In this document: positions 28,441 to 38,894 of the stretch, piece by piece
Layout: every line of letters starts with the position of its first letter
Position numbering within the stretch: the first letter of the stretch is position 1
Source of the DNA: an uncultured Cytophagales bacterium
GTDB taxonomy: Bacteria > Bacteroidota > Bacteroidia > Cytophagales > Cyclobacteriaceae
DNA length: 64,000 bases
Assembly (NCBI GenBank): GCA_963774615.1
Contig: CAVZFT010000035.1
Span: forward strand, 40,595-104,594
Direction of reading: 5' to 3'
Notes under the pieces: generated by a model
What the model was told of the DNA's origin: nothing
The model's input: the letters and a program-made list of their open reading frames with translations, nothing else
Database searches by the model: none
Program-made: the position numbers and the translations under genes

Positions 28441-30848
28441 ATGCTCAAGAATTATTTCAAGATCGCCCTGCGCTCATTTCAGAAGCACAAGGGTTATGCT
28501 GCGCTAAACCTCCTTGGCCTTACTATCGGCATCACCAGTGCCTTGATGGTTTTTCTTTTTGCGTACGATGAATTTACGTATGACCACTATCATAAAAAGG
28601 CTGAAAGCATTTACCGTTTGAATGGGGCCTATCATTTGCCAAATAACGGAGGGTTTGAACAATACGCGGCGGCTGGGCCAGTAGTTGGCGAGATGCTCGT
28701 TAAGGATTTTCCCGAAATCAAACAAGTTGTACGGATACGACGGATTGGAGACCGGATGGTAGAAACCCCTGAATCGCACGACCGGGTTTACGAAACTGTT
28801 TTTGCCGCGGATTCAAACATTTTCAGAATGTTCACCTATCAATTTCTGCAGGGTGATCCGGACAAATCTTTGCTCGATCCACAATCTATCGTGATTACGC
28901 GTAAGGTCGCGATGAAGTATTTTAATCGAGTCGATGTCGTGGGTGAAAGTTTATTTTTTCCGGAAGATACTATGTCATTCAAAATTACCGGCGTCATCGA
29001 AAATAATCCATCCAATACCCATCTGAAGCTGGATATCATTACTTCATTCGAAACATTGCGCACACTAGGAGTTAACTTCGACAGCTGGTGGAACTACGGT
29101 TTCTACAATTACCTTGAACTCAGCGACAATGTTGATCCTGAGGGGCTGACAGAAAAGTTAAAATTCATTTCCAGAAAATACATTGCCGATCAGGAAGACA
29201 ATTCGGGTTACAAACAAGAGTATAGTCTTACTAGTTTAAAAGATATTCATCTCTATTCTAACATGCGATCAGAGATAGAGCCTAACTCAAAGGCCGCGTA
29301 TGCCTATACATTTCTCCTCGTTGGCATATTTATTATCCTCATTGCGTGCATAAACTTCATGAATCTCGCAACCGCCCGGTCAGCCATGCGCGCAAAGGAG
29401 GTCGGAGTAAGAAAAGTTTCCGGTGCATTCAGGTCGCAGCTCATCGGTCAGTTTCTTAGCGAATCAATATATGATGGTTGTATTTTCGACGCTATTATCG
29501 ATTGTTTTAGCAATTGCGCTGATACCTCAGCTAAATGATCTCACAGGTAAAGTCTTGTCCACGGCGATTCTTAGCAACCCGGTGCTTTGGCTATTGCTTG
29601 GTGGGATGTCACTATTTGTCGGGCTTCTGGCAGGAAGTTATCCGTCGTTCTTTTTATCCATGATCCGTCCTGTTGAAACACTAAAAGGAAATTTTAAATC
29701 GTCAAGTCGTGGTAATCTTCTCAGGAAAGCATTGGTGGTGTTTCAGTTTACGATTTCCATCGTTTTGATTTCCGGAACACTGGTGGTCTACCGACACCTC
29801 AATTTTCTCCGAAGCATAAATCTTGGTTTTGAAAAAGAGAAAACCATAGTGATCCCAAGCCGTTTTGCAGCTCATGCCGATACTGACTATAAAGTCTTAA
29901 AAGACGAATTAAAGAATATTCAGGGTGTGACCGCGGCATCACTTTCCTATCGTGTTCCGGGAAAAGAAATGGGAAATAACGTCGTCCGTTTAGGATGGGA
30001 TGAAAAAGCTGCATGGAGCGATATGAGATTTCTCGCAATGGATCACGACTTTGTTTCTCTTTATGATCTCGAATGTAATTGCCGGAAGATCATTTGACGA
30101 GAGCTTTCCATCTGATGTTGAGGAAGCGTTCATGTTGAATGAATCGGGGATGCGGCGTCTGGGTTGGAAAGATCCACAGGAAGCGATCGGACAAAAATTA
30201 GCGTGGCAGGATCGCAACGGTTATGTTATTGGCATTGTTAAAGATTTTCATTTTATGTCCGCTAACATTGCCGTCGAACCATTCATCATGGTGATGAACA
30301 AGCCATGGAGCGTTGGTTATTTGTCTTTGAAGCTTACCACGGGCGACCCTGCGCAGACACTGGACAGGATTCGCAATAAATTCAGCGAAGTATTACCGGA
30401 CAAGATTTTTGAGTATTACTTCCTGGACGAAGAATATGATAAGCAATACAAGGCCGAAGATCGTTTCATGAATGTCTTTACGTTGTTCGCAGGTATTGCA
30501 ATTTTTATCGCTTGCCTGGGATTATATGGTCTTGCGATGTTTACGGCAGAACAAAAGTTCAAGGAAATAGGAATTCGCAAAGTGCTCGGTGCATCCGCTT
30601 TCAGCCTCGTCTATTTGCAGGTTCGAAATTTCGTTACACTAGTTCTTATTGCATTCGCAATATCCGTTCCGTTAGCGTATTTTCGATGGATAAATGGCTG
30701 CAGAGTTTTCCCTTGCGGGAAGAGATAACCCAGTACAATTTTTATTGTTTCCGGATTAGCCTCGGTCGTTATTGCGTGGATCACCGTAAGCTATCAGTCG
30801 ATCAAGGCCGCTAACATCAATCCGGTAAAATCCATCAATGAGCAATGA
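28441..30848 (+). CDS. ABC transporter permease (MacB/FtsX, ~800 aa type); several frameshifts near 29470, 30070 and 30690
   Basis: MLKNYFKIALR, LIACINFMNLATARSAMRAKEVGVRKVSGA, QFTISIVLI, IACLGLYGLA..KEIGIRKVLGAS, AANINPV. Confidence 0.85.
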
Positions 30849-30890
30849 CCAAATGGAATGAGGAATGAGGAATGAAGAATGATCAATGAT
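30838..30890. repeat. Heptamer array GAGCAAT/GAGGAAT at the permease stop
   Basis: ATGAGCAATGACCAAATGGAATGAGGAATGAGGAATGAAGAATGA. Confidence 0.75.
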
Positions 30891-30939
30891 GAAGACAAAA
30901 TCCAAGCTCTGCCATTGCACTCATCTCAAACAGATGGCA

Positions 30940-31000
30940 CCTTCTCCTAAAGGAGAAGGGCAGGCTTGCCTGCCGAAGCTTTGCGAAGGAGGGGATGAGG
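30940..31000. repeat. Composite REP-like element
   Basis: CCTTCTCC-TAAA-GGAGAAGG-G + CAGGCTTGCCTG + CCGAAGCTTTGCGAAGG + AGGGGATGAGG. Confidence 0.65.
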
Positions 31001-31291
31001 TGGCTTCAGAAGCGAACCTACTACTGATTTCACCAGGGAGTTTATTACTGGCATAACTCGTTCGGCTGTTGGCATCAAAGTATTTTTTGAGTGATGATCG
31101 TCTCCCTTTTGAAACCAAAGGGTTATGGCGATGATCATGGCCACAAATACACCCAACACCAGGGTCAGCTCTTTATAAGTAAACTTCCGCTTCACATTAC
31201 GACGGCTTGCCAATGGCATGCCAGCCCGAAAATCCCTCTTTCCGCTACTCTTTACCAATTTGTGGTTAATATATTGTTCGGTTATGAACAT
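30947..31291 (-). CDS. Hypothetical single-pass membrane protein; C-terminus runs into a REP element
   Basis: One TM segment (LTLVLGVFVAMIIAITLWF); start and end uncertain. Confidence 0.5.
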   Translation of the reverse strand: MFITEQYINHKLVKSSGKRDFRAGMPLASRRNVKRKFTYKELTLVLGVFVAMIIAITLWFQKGDDHHSKNTLMPTAERVMPVINSLVKSVVGSLLKPPHPLLRKASAGKPALLL

Positions 31292-31387
31292 AAAAATTAT
31301 CCTAATCGTACAATAAGTACCGCTTTAATACATGGAGGTTACTCTTGTAAGGCTGGAAAATATTAAGGGGTATATCTGACCTCTTTT

Positions 31388-31975
31388 ATGCTTAAATTTG
31401 TTGCCGATAAGAGGATCGAATTACAGTTTATGAAAAGATTACTGGCAAGTATTTGCGCGTTAATGGGTGTATTGCTGGTCACTTCGATGTCCGGCATCCC
31501 TGAGGCTGGCGAGGGAGGGGCTGTAAAATGGATGACGTTTGAAGAGGCCTTGCAGAAATCAAAGAAAGAAAAACGGCCGGTATTTATCGACGTTTACACG
31601 GACTGGTGTGGATGGTGTAAGGTTATGGACAAAAATACGTTCAATGACCCGCAGGTATCGAAGTTGCTAAATGAAAAGTTCTATGCCGTAAAGTTCAATG
31701 CTGAGCAACGGGAAGATGTGGTGTTTGATAATCATACCTTCAAGTTTGTCGCCAGTGGAAGAAATGGATATCACGAGCTGGCCGCTGCATTGTTAAACAA
31801 CCAGCTAAGTTATCCCACCGTGGTTTTCCTGGATGAAGAGTTCAAAATGATACAGCCTTTGGCAGGATATCGTCAGGCGCCTGAATTTCATAGTATCGCC
31901 CAGTTCATCGGCGAAGGTCACTACAAAACCGTCAAATGGGATGAGTGGCAGAAGAAGTACAAATCTCCGTATTAA
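31388..31975 (+). CDS. Thioredoxin-family protein (DUF255-like)
   Basis: DVYTDWCGWCKVM, VKFNAE, SYPTVVFLD. Confidence 0.85.
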   Translation: MLKFVADKRIELQFMKRLLASICALMGVLLVTSMSGIPEAGEGGAVKWMTFEEALQKSKKEKRPVFIDVYTDWCGWCKVMDKNTFNDPQVSKLLNEKFYAVKFNAEQREDVVFDNHTFKFVASGRNGYHELAAALLNNQLSYPTVVFLDEEFKMIQPLAGYRQAPEFHSIAQFIGEGHYKTVKWDEWQKKYKSPY

Positions 31976-31995
31976 GATATAAGAGGTGGTGTAAC

Positions 31996-32031
31996 AAAAA
32001 AGCCCTGGCATTCTTCGATACCAGGGCTTTT
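31996..32031. terminator. Bidirectional terminator
   Basis: AAAAAGCCCTGG...CCAGGGCTTTT between convergent genes. Confidence 0.75.
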
Positions 32032-32052
32032 ATATTGCTCATGATCGAACTG

Positions 32053-32184
32053 TCAATCTTCCTTTTTTCCTTCTTTCTTAGTCTTCATGAAATCAATGTA
32101 GCCAAGCGCAGTAGCAAAGCCCACCAAAACCGCTACGATCGTGATAAAAAGACTGGCGCCATCTCCAATAAATTGCTGAAACAT
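32053..32184 (-). CDS. 43-aa single-TM small protein (not in the ORF track)
   Basis: MFQQFIGDGASLFITIVAVLVGFATALGYIDFMKTKKEGKKED*, A-rich leader, ends near the terminator. Confidence 0.6.
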   Translation of the reverse strand: MFQQFIGDGASLFITIVAVLVGFATALGYIDFMKTKKEGKKED

Positions 32185-32342
32185 GTTATTAGTTGTTTAC
32201 CAGACAAAGGTATATTTTGAGGTATTATGTTGAAAGGATTTTGTGTTAAAAATTAGTTAATCAAAGTAATGGTCATTATCGCTGATTTCAACCGTTTACT
32301 GAAAGGTATTTCGAGTCGTTAAGTGTAGGTGCTACAACCAAA

Positions 32343-32885
32343 CTATCCAATGCCAAGTTCGTCCTTGTTATTCTTTAATACGGTAATAATGAATGAGATA
32401 TGATCATTAAGATTCACACCAAAAAGTTCAGCTCCTTTATACACCTCATCTCTCTCAACTTTGGCCGCAAAACTTTTGTCTTTTAACTTTTTGACGACCG
32501 ACTTTGACTCAAGGCTGTTGATCCCATCCGGCCGTACCTGACAACAGGCAATGACAAATCCGGTTAACTCGTCACAAGCCAGAAGAGCCTTGTCTAATAA
32601 AGAATCGTAGGGGACATTCCATTTGGTGTAATGTGCCGAAATAGCGTGAGCGATTTCGTTCAGACCCATAGCGTTCAGCTTGTCAACTATGACCTGTGGA
32701 TGTTTGTCGGGATAAGCTTCATAGTCGGCGTCGTGCAACAGACCAGCGATAGCCCACGTATCCACGTTTTCGCCGAGCTTTTCTGCGTACGCTTCCATTA
32801 CCAGCTCGATACTACGCATATGACGGAGGAGGCTGGAGCCTTGTGTCATTTGCTCGAGCAGCGCCTTTGCTTCTGAGCGTGTCAT
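32343..32885 (-). CDS. HD-domain phosphohydrolase (HDIG-like)
   Basis: LRHM..AGLLHDADYE, HPQ, LLACDELTG. Confidence 0.85.
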   Translation of the reverse strand: MTRSEAKALLEQMTQGSSLLRHMRSIELVMEAYAEKLGENVDTWAIAGLLHDADYEAYPDKHPQVIVDKLNAMGLNEIAHAISAHYTKWNVPYDSLLDKALLACDELTGFVIACCQVRPDGINSLESKSVVKKLKDKSFAAKVERDEVYKGAELFGVNLNDHISFIITVLKNNKDELGIG

Positions 32886-34072
32886 TCGCCTGCCTCCCGT
32901 GCCAGCTTCGCCTCGTGTTTTCTGATCTTAAGGGATTTCTTCTTGTTGATGTAATAGAAATTAAATCCTCCAATGATAGTCAACACGGCAATAATGACGA
33001 GCAGGATAAAAAGCCTGCTGTTGTGAAGTTCCAGTCTGTCGATTTCGCTTTGCTTCCGAAGTATGTCGTATTCCTTCTCCTTCTCCTGGAAGTCGATAAC
33101 CATTTCCATCTGTGCGATGTTGCGGCTGCTCTCCTCACCGTAGACACGTTCCCGTGATTCGTCATATTTCATCTGTAACTCATAGGCATCCTTCCAATTG
33201 TTTTGGTTGGCTTCGTTAGCGGCCCTGGCCTTGTATATCGCGGGCAAAAATGAATACGCCTGAAGCTCAGTGCACAGCGTTGATGCTTCATCGAGATATT
33301 GTGCTGCGGGTTTGGGTTGTTTAGCCTTCGCGTACGTGATGCCGAGATTTGTTACCACATTAAGTATCCCAAGCTTGTTGTCGTTTTCGCGTTCAATAGC
33401 AAGCGCTTTTTCGTAGTGCTCAACCGCGAGCTGATAATTTCCCTGTCTGTAATAGATGTTGCCAATGTTATTCAAAGGATCTGGAAACTTCGCGCCAAGT
33501 TTCGCACTCAGCTCAGAAGCATCCTTAAAATACCGGAGCGCTTTGTCATAGAGTTGAATGTCGATGTTGAGATTGCCAAGGTTGTTCAGCGATCCCACGA
33601 TCTTTGATTCGTCTTTTAATTCAAGAAAGAGGTTGTAAGATTCTTCAAGGTACTTCATTGCTTCGGCGTACTCCTTTTTAACGGCATATAAGTTTGCGAT
33701 ATTATTTTTTGTGGTGGCTATGCCTTCTTTGTTATCTAGTCCTTCATAGATGCGAAGAGACGTCAGATAATAGTCCAGCGCCTTGTCGAGTGCGCCCTGG
33801 TTCCGATAGATGATTCCGAGGTTGTTGTAGGATGCTGCCATGCCTTTTTTGTCGTCGATCTCGGTAGCGAGATTTAATGCTTCACGGGCGTAGCCTAAGG
33901 CTTTGACAGGATCTGAATTCAGGTTGGCGCGGAACAGCTCATTTAGCGTCTTAACTTTCCGGTCATCCTTTGCGGTATCCAACACCGCATGCAAACTGTC
34001 TATTTTCTGGGCGATGGAAACAGTGGTCAATAGAATGCCGAGCAAGACCGCCGTTAGAGTTTTCTGTATCAT
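32882..34072 (-). CDS. Periplasmic TPR protein with a C-terminal TM anchor and no kinase domain
   Basis: Signal peptide, repeated ASYNNLGIIY/NNIANLY/NNLGNL TPR units, TM at about aa 355-373, short basic tail. Confidence 0.85.
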   Translation of the reverse strand: MIQKTLTAVLLGILLTTVSIAQKIDSLHAVLDTAKDDRKVKTLNELFRANLNSDPVKALGYAREALNLATEIDDKKGMAASYNNLGIIYRNQGALDKALDYYLTSLRIYEGLDNKEGIATTKNNIANLYAVKKEYAEAMKYLEESYNLFLELKDESKIVGSLNNLGNLNIDIQLYDKALRYFKDASELSAKLGAKFPDPLNNIGNIYYRQGNYQLAVEHYEKALAIERENDNKLGILNVVTNLGITYAKAKQPKPAAQYLDEASTLCTELQAYSFLPAIYKARAANEANQNNWKDAYELQMKYDESRERVYGEESSRNIAQMEMVIDFQEKEKEYDILRKQSEIDRLELHNSRLFILLVIIAVLTIIGGFNFYYINKKKSLKIRKHEAKLAREAGE

Positions 34073-34217
34073 GGTTAGATTATCACAATCTAAAATTACT
34101 AACTATTCTCCATATTTATCATGAAATGCGGAAACCGCTCTACTGATCGCAGGGGTACCCGCTTCGTGTTGAAGGATGTTACGTTTTTAATGATCTTTAC
34201 CAATAATACCTGAAATA

Positions 34218-34721
34218 ATGCTCCTACGATATTCCTTAGCCCTTGCGTTTGCTCTCTTCATATTCATTCCGTCATTACAAGCTCAGCAGGCAGCGGAAAA
34301 TGATGCTATAATAAAAGTGGTTCGCCGCCTCTTCGAAGGCATGGAAAAAGGAGACAGCGCAATGGTCAGGTCTACCTTTGCAAAGGACGTTACAATGGCC
34401 ACCATGCGACGCAATAAGGAAAACAAAGGGCAGTTAAGTCGCGAAAATTCCATCGCCGGATTTCTTAAAGCAGTCGGCACTCCGCACCCGGACATTTGGT
34501 ATGAAGAAATATGGAATATAAAAGTTCAACAGGACGACAACTTTGCGCAAGTGTGGTGTGACTACGCCTTTTATATTGGCAACAGGTTCAGCCACTGCGG
34601 TGTGGATGCACTTCATCTCTACAAGGGCGATGATGGTTGGAAAATTTTTCACCTGGCCGATACACGACGCAGCAACCCTTGCACTATCCCTGAAGAAATT
34701 GAACGTAAACACAGACCTTGA
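34218..34721 (+). CDS. NTF2-like (lumazine-binding type) secreted protein
   Basis: LFEGM..GDSAMVRSTF, AQVWCDYAFYIG..HCGVDALHL..WKIFHLADTR. Confidence 0.75.
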   Translation: MLLRYSLALAFALFIFIPSLQAQQAAENDAIIKVVRRLFEGMEKGDSAMVRSTFAKDVTMATMRRNKENKGQLSRENSIAGFLKAVGTPHPDIWYEEIWNIKVQQDDNFAQVWCDYAFYIGNRFSHCGVDALHLYKGDDGWKIFHLADTRRSNPCTIPEEIERKHRP

Positions 34722-34771
34722 TTACGACCAGGATTACCATGATTATGACCAAGATTACCAAGATTACCATG
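34719..34771. repeat. GATTACCA-type 8/9-mer tandem array
   Basis: TGATTACGACCAGGATTACCATGATTATGACCAAGATTACCAAGATTACCATGAT. Confidence 0.75.
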
Positions 34772-35270
34772 ATCAGAGTCGCGTTGTTTCTTGCAATCGT
34801 GTTGGCCATTTCTGTACAATCTTTTGCGCAGAGCCAGATAACAACGTTTCATTCTTGTCAGGCATGCGGAAAGGGGAGAAGATGGAACCAAGGATCCTGA
34901 TATTTCGGAAGAGGGGAAGAAAAGGGCAAGCCGTTTAGCGGAGATGCTTTCGAAAACGTCAATCGCGGCTATCTATTCCACGGCGTATAAACGCACTCGA
35001 AATACAGTCGCGCCGTTGGCCGGTGCTAAAGGCCTTGAAGTCTTGCCCTACGAGCCACTGAAAGGTGAAGCGATCGACAAAATGTTACAGGATCATGCTG
35101 GTCAAACCGTTGTCATCAGCGGTCACTCAAACACAATCCCCTGGACCGCGAATTACCTAACAGGTAACAATGAGTTAAAGGACTTTGCCGACAATGATTA
35201 CACGAATTTTCTCGTTGTCTCGGTGTTGAAAAAAGGTACGAGCACCAATGTCACCTGGCTGACCTATTGA
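34769..35270 (+). CDS. Histidine phosphatase (phosphoglycerate mutase-like), secreted; frameshift near 34850
   Basis: The corrected frame gives ILVRHAEK; then IYSTAYKRTRNT and SGHSNTIP. Confidence 0.8.
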
Positions 35271-35370
35271 TTTTTTTCGTACAAACCGCTTAAGAAGGCA
35301 AATTTTTCCCTCTGTCATCAATCTTTCTTCAGGGCTAGGTGTTTGACTAGTTAAAGCTTGCCCTTTTAGT

Positions 35371-36408
35371 ATGAGTTTATTGGAATTCACAGGCAATGGT
35401 ATCTATTGTCCGGCCGCCGATGTTTATCTCGACCCTTGGAAACCCGTTGCAAAGGCATTGATCACCCATGGTCATTCGGATCACGCCTCGTGGGGACATG
35501 GTGCTTACCTATGCACAACGTCTGCGGCACCTGTGATCAAGCACCGGCTGAACTTATCCGGAAACATTCAAACTGCAGACTATGGCAAGCCGGTTTCGAT
35601 CAATGGGCGTAGAGTTCTCATTTCACCCTGCGGGACACATTCCTGGATCTGCACAGATCCGCGTAGCCCATGAGGGAGAAGTATGGGTGTTTTCCGGCGA
35701 TTATAAACTGGAAAACGACGGAATCTCTGAACCCTTCGAGCCTGTGAAGTGCCATACTTTCATTACCGAATCCACGTTCGGGCTACCTGTCTACAAATGG
35801 AGGCCTCAGCAGGAAGTGTTTAACGATATTAACCAGTGGTGGCGAAAAAATCAGGCTGCGGGTAAAGTAACAATCCTCGCAGGATATGCTCTTGGCAAGA
35901 GTCAGCGGATACTCAAAAACATCGACCCGTCGATCGGAAAAATATTTGTGCATGGCGCTATTGACTCCTTAACCCAAATATTTCGAAAACACGATACTGG
36001 AGCTGCCTCCAACGACCTATGTAACAAGCGAGATGAAAAAGAAGGAGTTCGAGGGTGCAATGGTCCTTTGTCCGCCGTCAGCTATTGGTTCGTTGTGGCT
36101 AAGAAAGTTTGATCCATACTCGCTTGGAATTGCTTCGGGGTGGATGGGATTACGGGGAGCGAGAAGGAGGAGAGGAGCTGACAGAGGGCTTTGTACTTTC
36201 AGATCACGCCGACTGGACAGCGCTAAATAGCGCAGTGAAAGCAACGGGGGCAGAGCAGGTTTTTGTCACTCATGGTTACTCAGAAGTATTTGCTCATTGG
36301 TTATCCGAAACTGGTATTGAAGCAAAAGCAGTAAAAACACAATTTGAAGGGGAGCTGGCGGAAATCGCCGAGTCTGGCATCGACGAATCAAAAACGGAAG
36401 CCGCATGA
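35371..36408 (+). CDS. Ligase-associated DNA damage response exonuclease (MBL / beta-CASP); several frameshifts
   Basis: LITHGHSDHA, PAGHIPGSAQIR, SGDYK, ITESTFGLPVYKW, YALGKSQR, LSDHADW, THG. Confidence 0.85.
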
Positions 36409-37991
36409 ATGACTTTGCAATGTTATTCACAATGCTTGATCAAACCACAAAGACATTGGATAAGATCGACGCGCTTGTTGAATACTTTGACAAAGCATCA
36501 AACCAGGATAAACTTTGGGCTATTGCAATTCTTTCTCATCGAAGGCCCAGGCGTACCGTTAGTGCGTCACTTCTTGGTGCATGGGCGTCCGAACTTTCAG
36601 GATTGCCTTCATGGCTCTTCGAAGAATCATATCACGTGGTGGGTGACCTGGCAGAGACGATAACACTGGTGTTACCGCCATCGTCCGGGAAATCGGATGA
36701 GACACTAACGTACTGGATTGAATTCATCCGTGCCCTTGAGCCTCTTGATGTCGAAGAAAAGAGGAAACGGATTCGTGAAGCCTGGCTGCGTATGGAACCA
36801 ACGGAGCGATTTGTGTTCAACAAACTCATAACCGGAAGTTTTCGCGTCGGAGTATCCCAACAGCTGATGGTAAAAGCGTTGGCAAAGCATGCGAAGGTGA
36901 AAGAAAATATCATTGCTCACCGCCTTATGGGCAATTGGTCACCAATAGATGATAACTATGATGAACTTATTCTCTCCGAAGAAATTCGTGACACGTCACG
37001 GCCTTATCCATTTTACCTGGCTTATGCGTTGGATGAAGAAGTCGAATCCTTGGGTGACCCCGAGGAATGGCAGGCAGAATGGAAGTGGGATGGCATTAGA
37101 GGACAGGTGATTGTTCGAGACCGTCAGTTGTTTGTGTGGTCGCGGGGCGAGGAGCTTGTAACAGATAAGTATCCGGAGTATGGGATCTTTCCCGATCTAT
37201 TGGAGGATGGAACTGTACTGGATGGAGAGATCCTTCCGTTCAAAAACAATCAACCATTACCTTTTAGCCTGCTCCAGACGCGAATTGGCCGTAAGACCTT
37301 AAGTCAGAAGATCCTAAATGAAGTACCAGTGGCTTTTGTTGCCTATGATGTCCTCGAATACAACGGAATAGATATACGTGAATGGAAACTTATTGACAGA
37401 CGCAATAAGTTGGAAGAGATTTACGCGCGACAGGAAGCCACGGCACTGAGGATATCGCCAGTGGTTTCCTTTGACAGCTGGGAGGCAATACGGGAAAAAC
37501 GGAGCCACGCACGCGAATTTTTCAGCGAGGGAATAATGCTCAAGCGCAAGGATTCGATCTATCGCGATGGTCGCAGACGCGGAGATTGGTGGAAATGGAA
37601 GATCGATCCATTTACCGTTGATGCCGTGATGATCTATGCTATGAGTGGTCACGGAAGACGAGCTAATCTTTATACAGACTATACATTCGCGGTATGGAAT
37701 GGAGACCAGTTAGTACCGTTCACAAAAGCGTATAGTGGACTCACTGATGAAGAGATCCGCGAAGTTGATCGATGGATAAGACAGAATACCATCGAAAAAT
37801 TTGGTCCCGTGCGCAGCGTCAAGCCCGAATTGGTATTTGAGATCGCATTTGAAGGTATCGCGAAATCAACACGGCATAAATCCGGAATTGCGTTGCGTTT
37901 CCCCAGAATAAACCGGTGGCGGAAAGATAAGCCCATCCGTGAAGCAAACACATTGGACGATCTTACCGCATTGTTGCACGCAAATCCCTAA
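36405..37991 (+). CDS. ATP-dependent DNA ligase (LigB-like)
   Basis: EWKWDGIR (motif I), LDGEI, YDVL, EGIMLK, WWKWK, ELVFEI, LRFPRI. Confidence 0.92.
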   Translation: MNDFAMLFTMLDQTTKTLDKIDALVEYFDKASNQDKLWAIAILSHRRPRRTVSASLLGAWASELSGLPSWLFEESYHVVGDLAETITLVLPPSSGKSDETLTYWIEFIRALEPLDVEEKRKRIREAWLRMEPTERFVFNKLITGSFRVGVSQQLMVKALAKHAKVKENIIAHRLMGNWSPIDDNYDELILSEEIRDTSRPYPFYLAYALDEEVESLGDPEEWQAEWKWDGIRGQVIVRDRQLFVWSRGEELVTDKYPEYGIFPDLLEDGTVLDGEILPFKNNQPLPFSLLQTRIGRKTLSQKILNEVPVAFVAYDVLEYNGIDIREWKLIDRRNKLEEIYARQEATALRISPVVSFDSWEAIREKRSHAREFFSEGIMLKRKDSIYRDGRRRGDWWKWKIDPFTVDAVMIYAMSGHGRRANLYTDYTFAVWNGDQLVPFTKAYSGLTDEEIREVDRWIRQNTIEKFGPVRSVKPELVFEIAFEGIAKSTRHKSGIALRFPRINRWRKDKPIREANTLDDLTALLHANP

Positions 37992-38043
37992 AAACTTAAC
38001 AGGACCTGTAGACTTCGGTCGTACATATCCTTATCTTTAGTAT

Positions 38044-38457
38044 GTGAAAAGGCTTCTGATCCTTTCCTGCATGTCGATGATTTGTGCTGTTGGATTTTCT
38101 CAGCAACAGGACGAGATACGCAAAAGCATTTACTTTGGAGGCGGCAGTTATTACGTCGATGACTTTCAGATCGAAGACCTGTATCATTGGCTTGATTCCA
38201 TTCCTAACGTGCTGGAAAAGTACGACATACACCTTATCAGCCATACCGATCCCATTGGCGGCAAAGAATACAATGCCTGGCTTTCAAGAATGAGGAGCGA
38301 GGCTGTGCAGCAGATCTTATTGCAGAGAGAGATCCCTGAACAAAAGATCACCATCAAAGACTGGGGACTTGACAACCCTGTTTACAGCAATACCTCTTAC
38401 GAGGGGATGCAGATGAATAGAAGGGTGGATGTCATCTTATATCCGATTGTGTTTTGA
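38044..38457 (+). CDS. OmpA-family peptidoglycan-binding protein
   Basis: SHTDPIGGKEYNAWLSRMRSEAV, NRRVDV. Confidence 0.85.
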   Translation: MKRLLILSCMSMICAVGFSQQQDEIRKSIYFGGGSYYVDDFQIEDLYHWLDSIPNVLEKYDIHLISHTDPIGGKEYNAWLSRMRSEAVQQILLQREIPEQKITIKDWGLDNPVYSNTSYEGMQMNRRVDVILYPIVF

Positions 38458-38629
38458 CCCCACCCCCCGGCCCCCTCAGGGGAGAATTTAATGAGTGCAC
38501 AGTTGGTCCAGAATTCAAGGTCAGCCTTGGAGAAAATACTTGAGTGTTGAGTGTTGATATATTGAATATTGAGTGTTCTGCTCCGGCTTGACCCCCCGGC
38601 CCCCTTCAGGGGAGTATTTAATGAGTGCA
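38455..38629. repeat. Two direct copies of a REP-like element CCCCCGGCCCCCT(T)CAGGGGAG-WATTTAATGAGTGCA
   Basis: Copies at 38455-38499 and 38589-38629, with GAGTGTT heptamers between them. Confidence 0.8.
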
Positions 38630-38894
38630 AAAAACCCTCATCACAATCCAAACTAAGTGAAACACCCCTCAGGCAAGCAATAAAACTACACAAGGAGTTT
38701 TGACCCCCTTATACCCTATATACCCCCGCGGCGCCCGCGGCGTCCGAAAAAGAACACCGATTTGCACAATCGGACGTATTATCTGTAACCTTTACCCCTT
38801 TTAAGCCAGTCTAAGCCAGCAAATTCCCTTGGCATTATTGTTGGCTTTATGCCCGTCCAAGGGCCTGAACGCCGTGTGTTAACAACCCATTTTC

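Noticed and set aside
34543-34938. ORFs with DYDQDYHD / MITTRITM repeats
   Set aside because: They are translations of the intergenic 9-mer array overlapping real genes.
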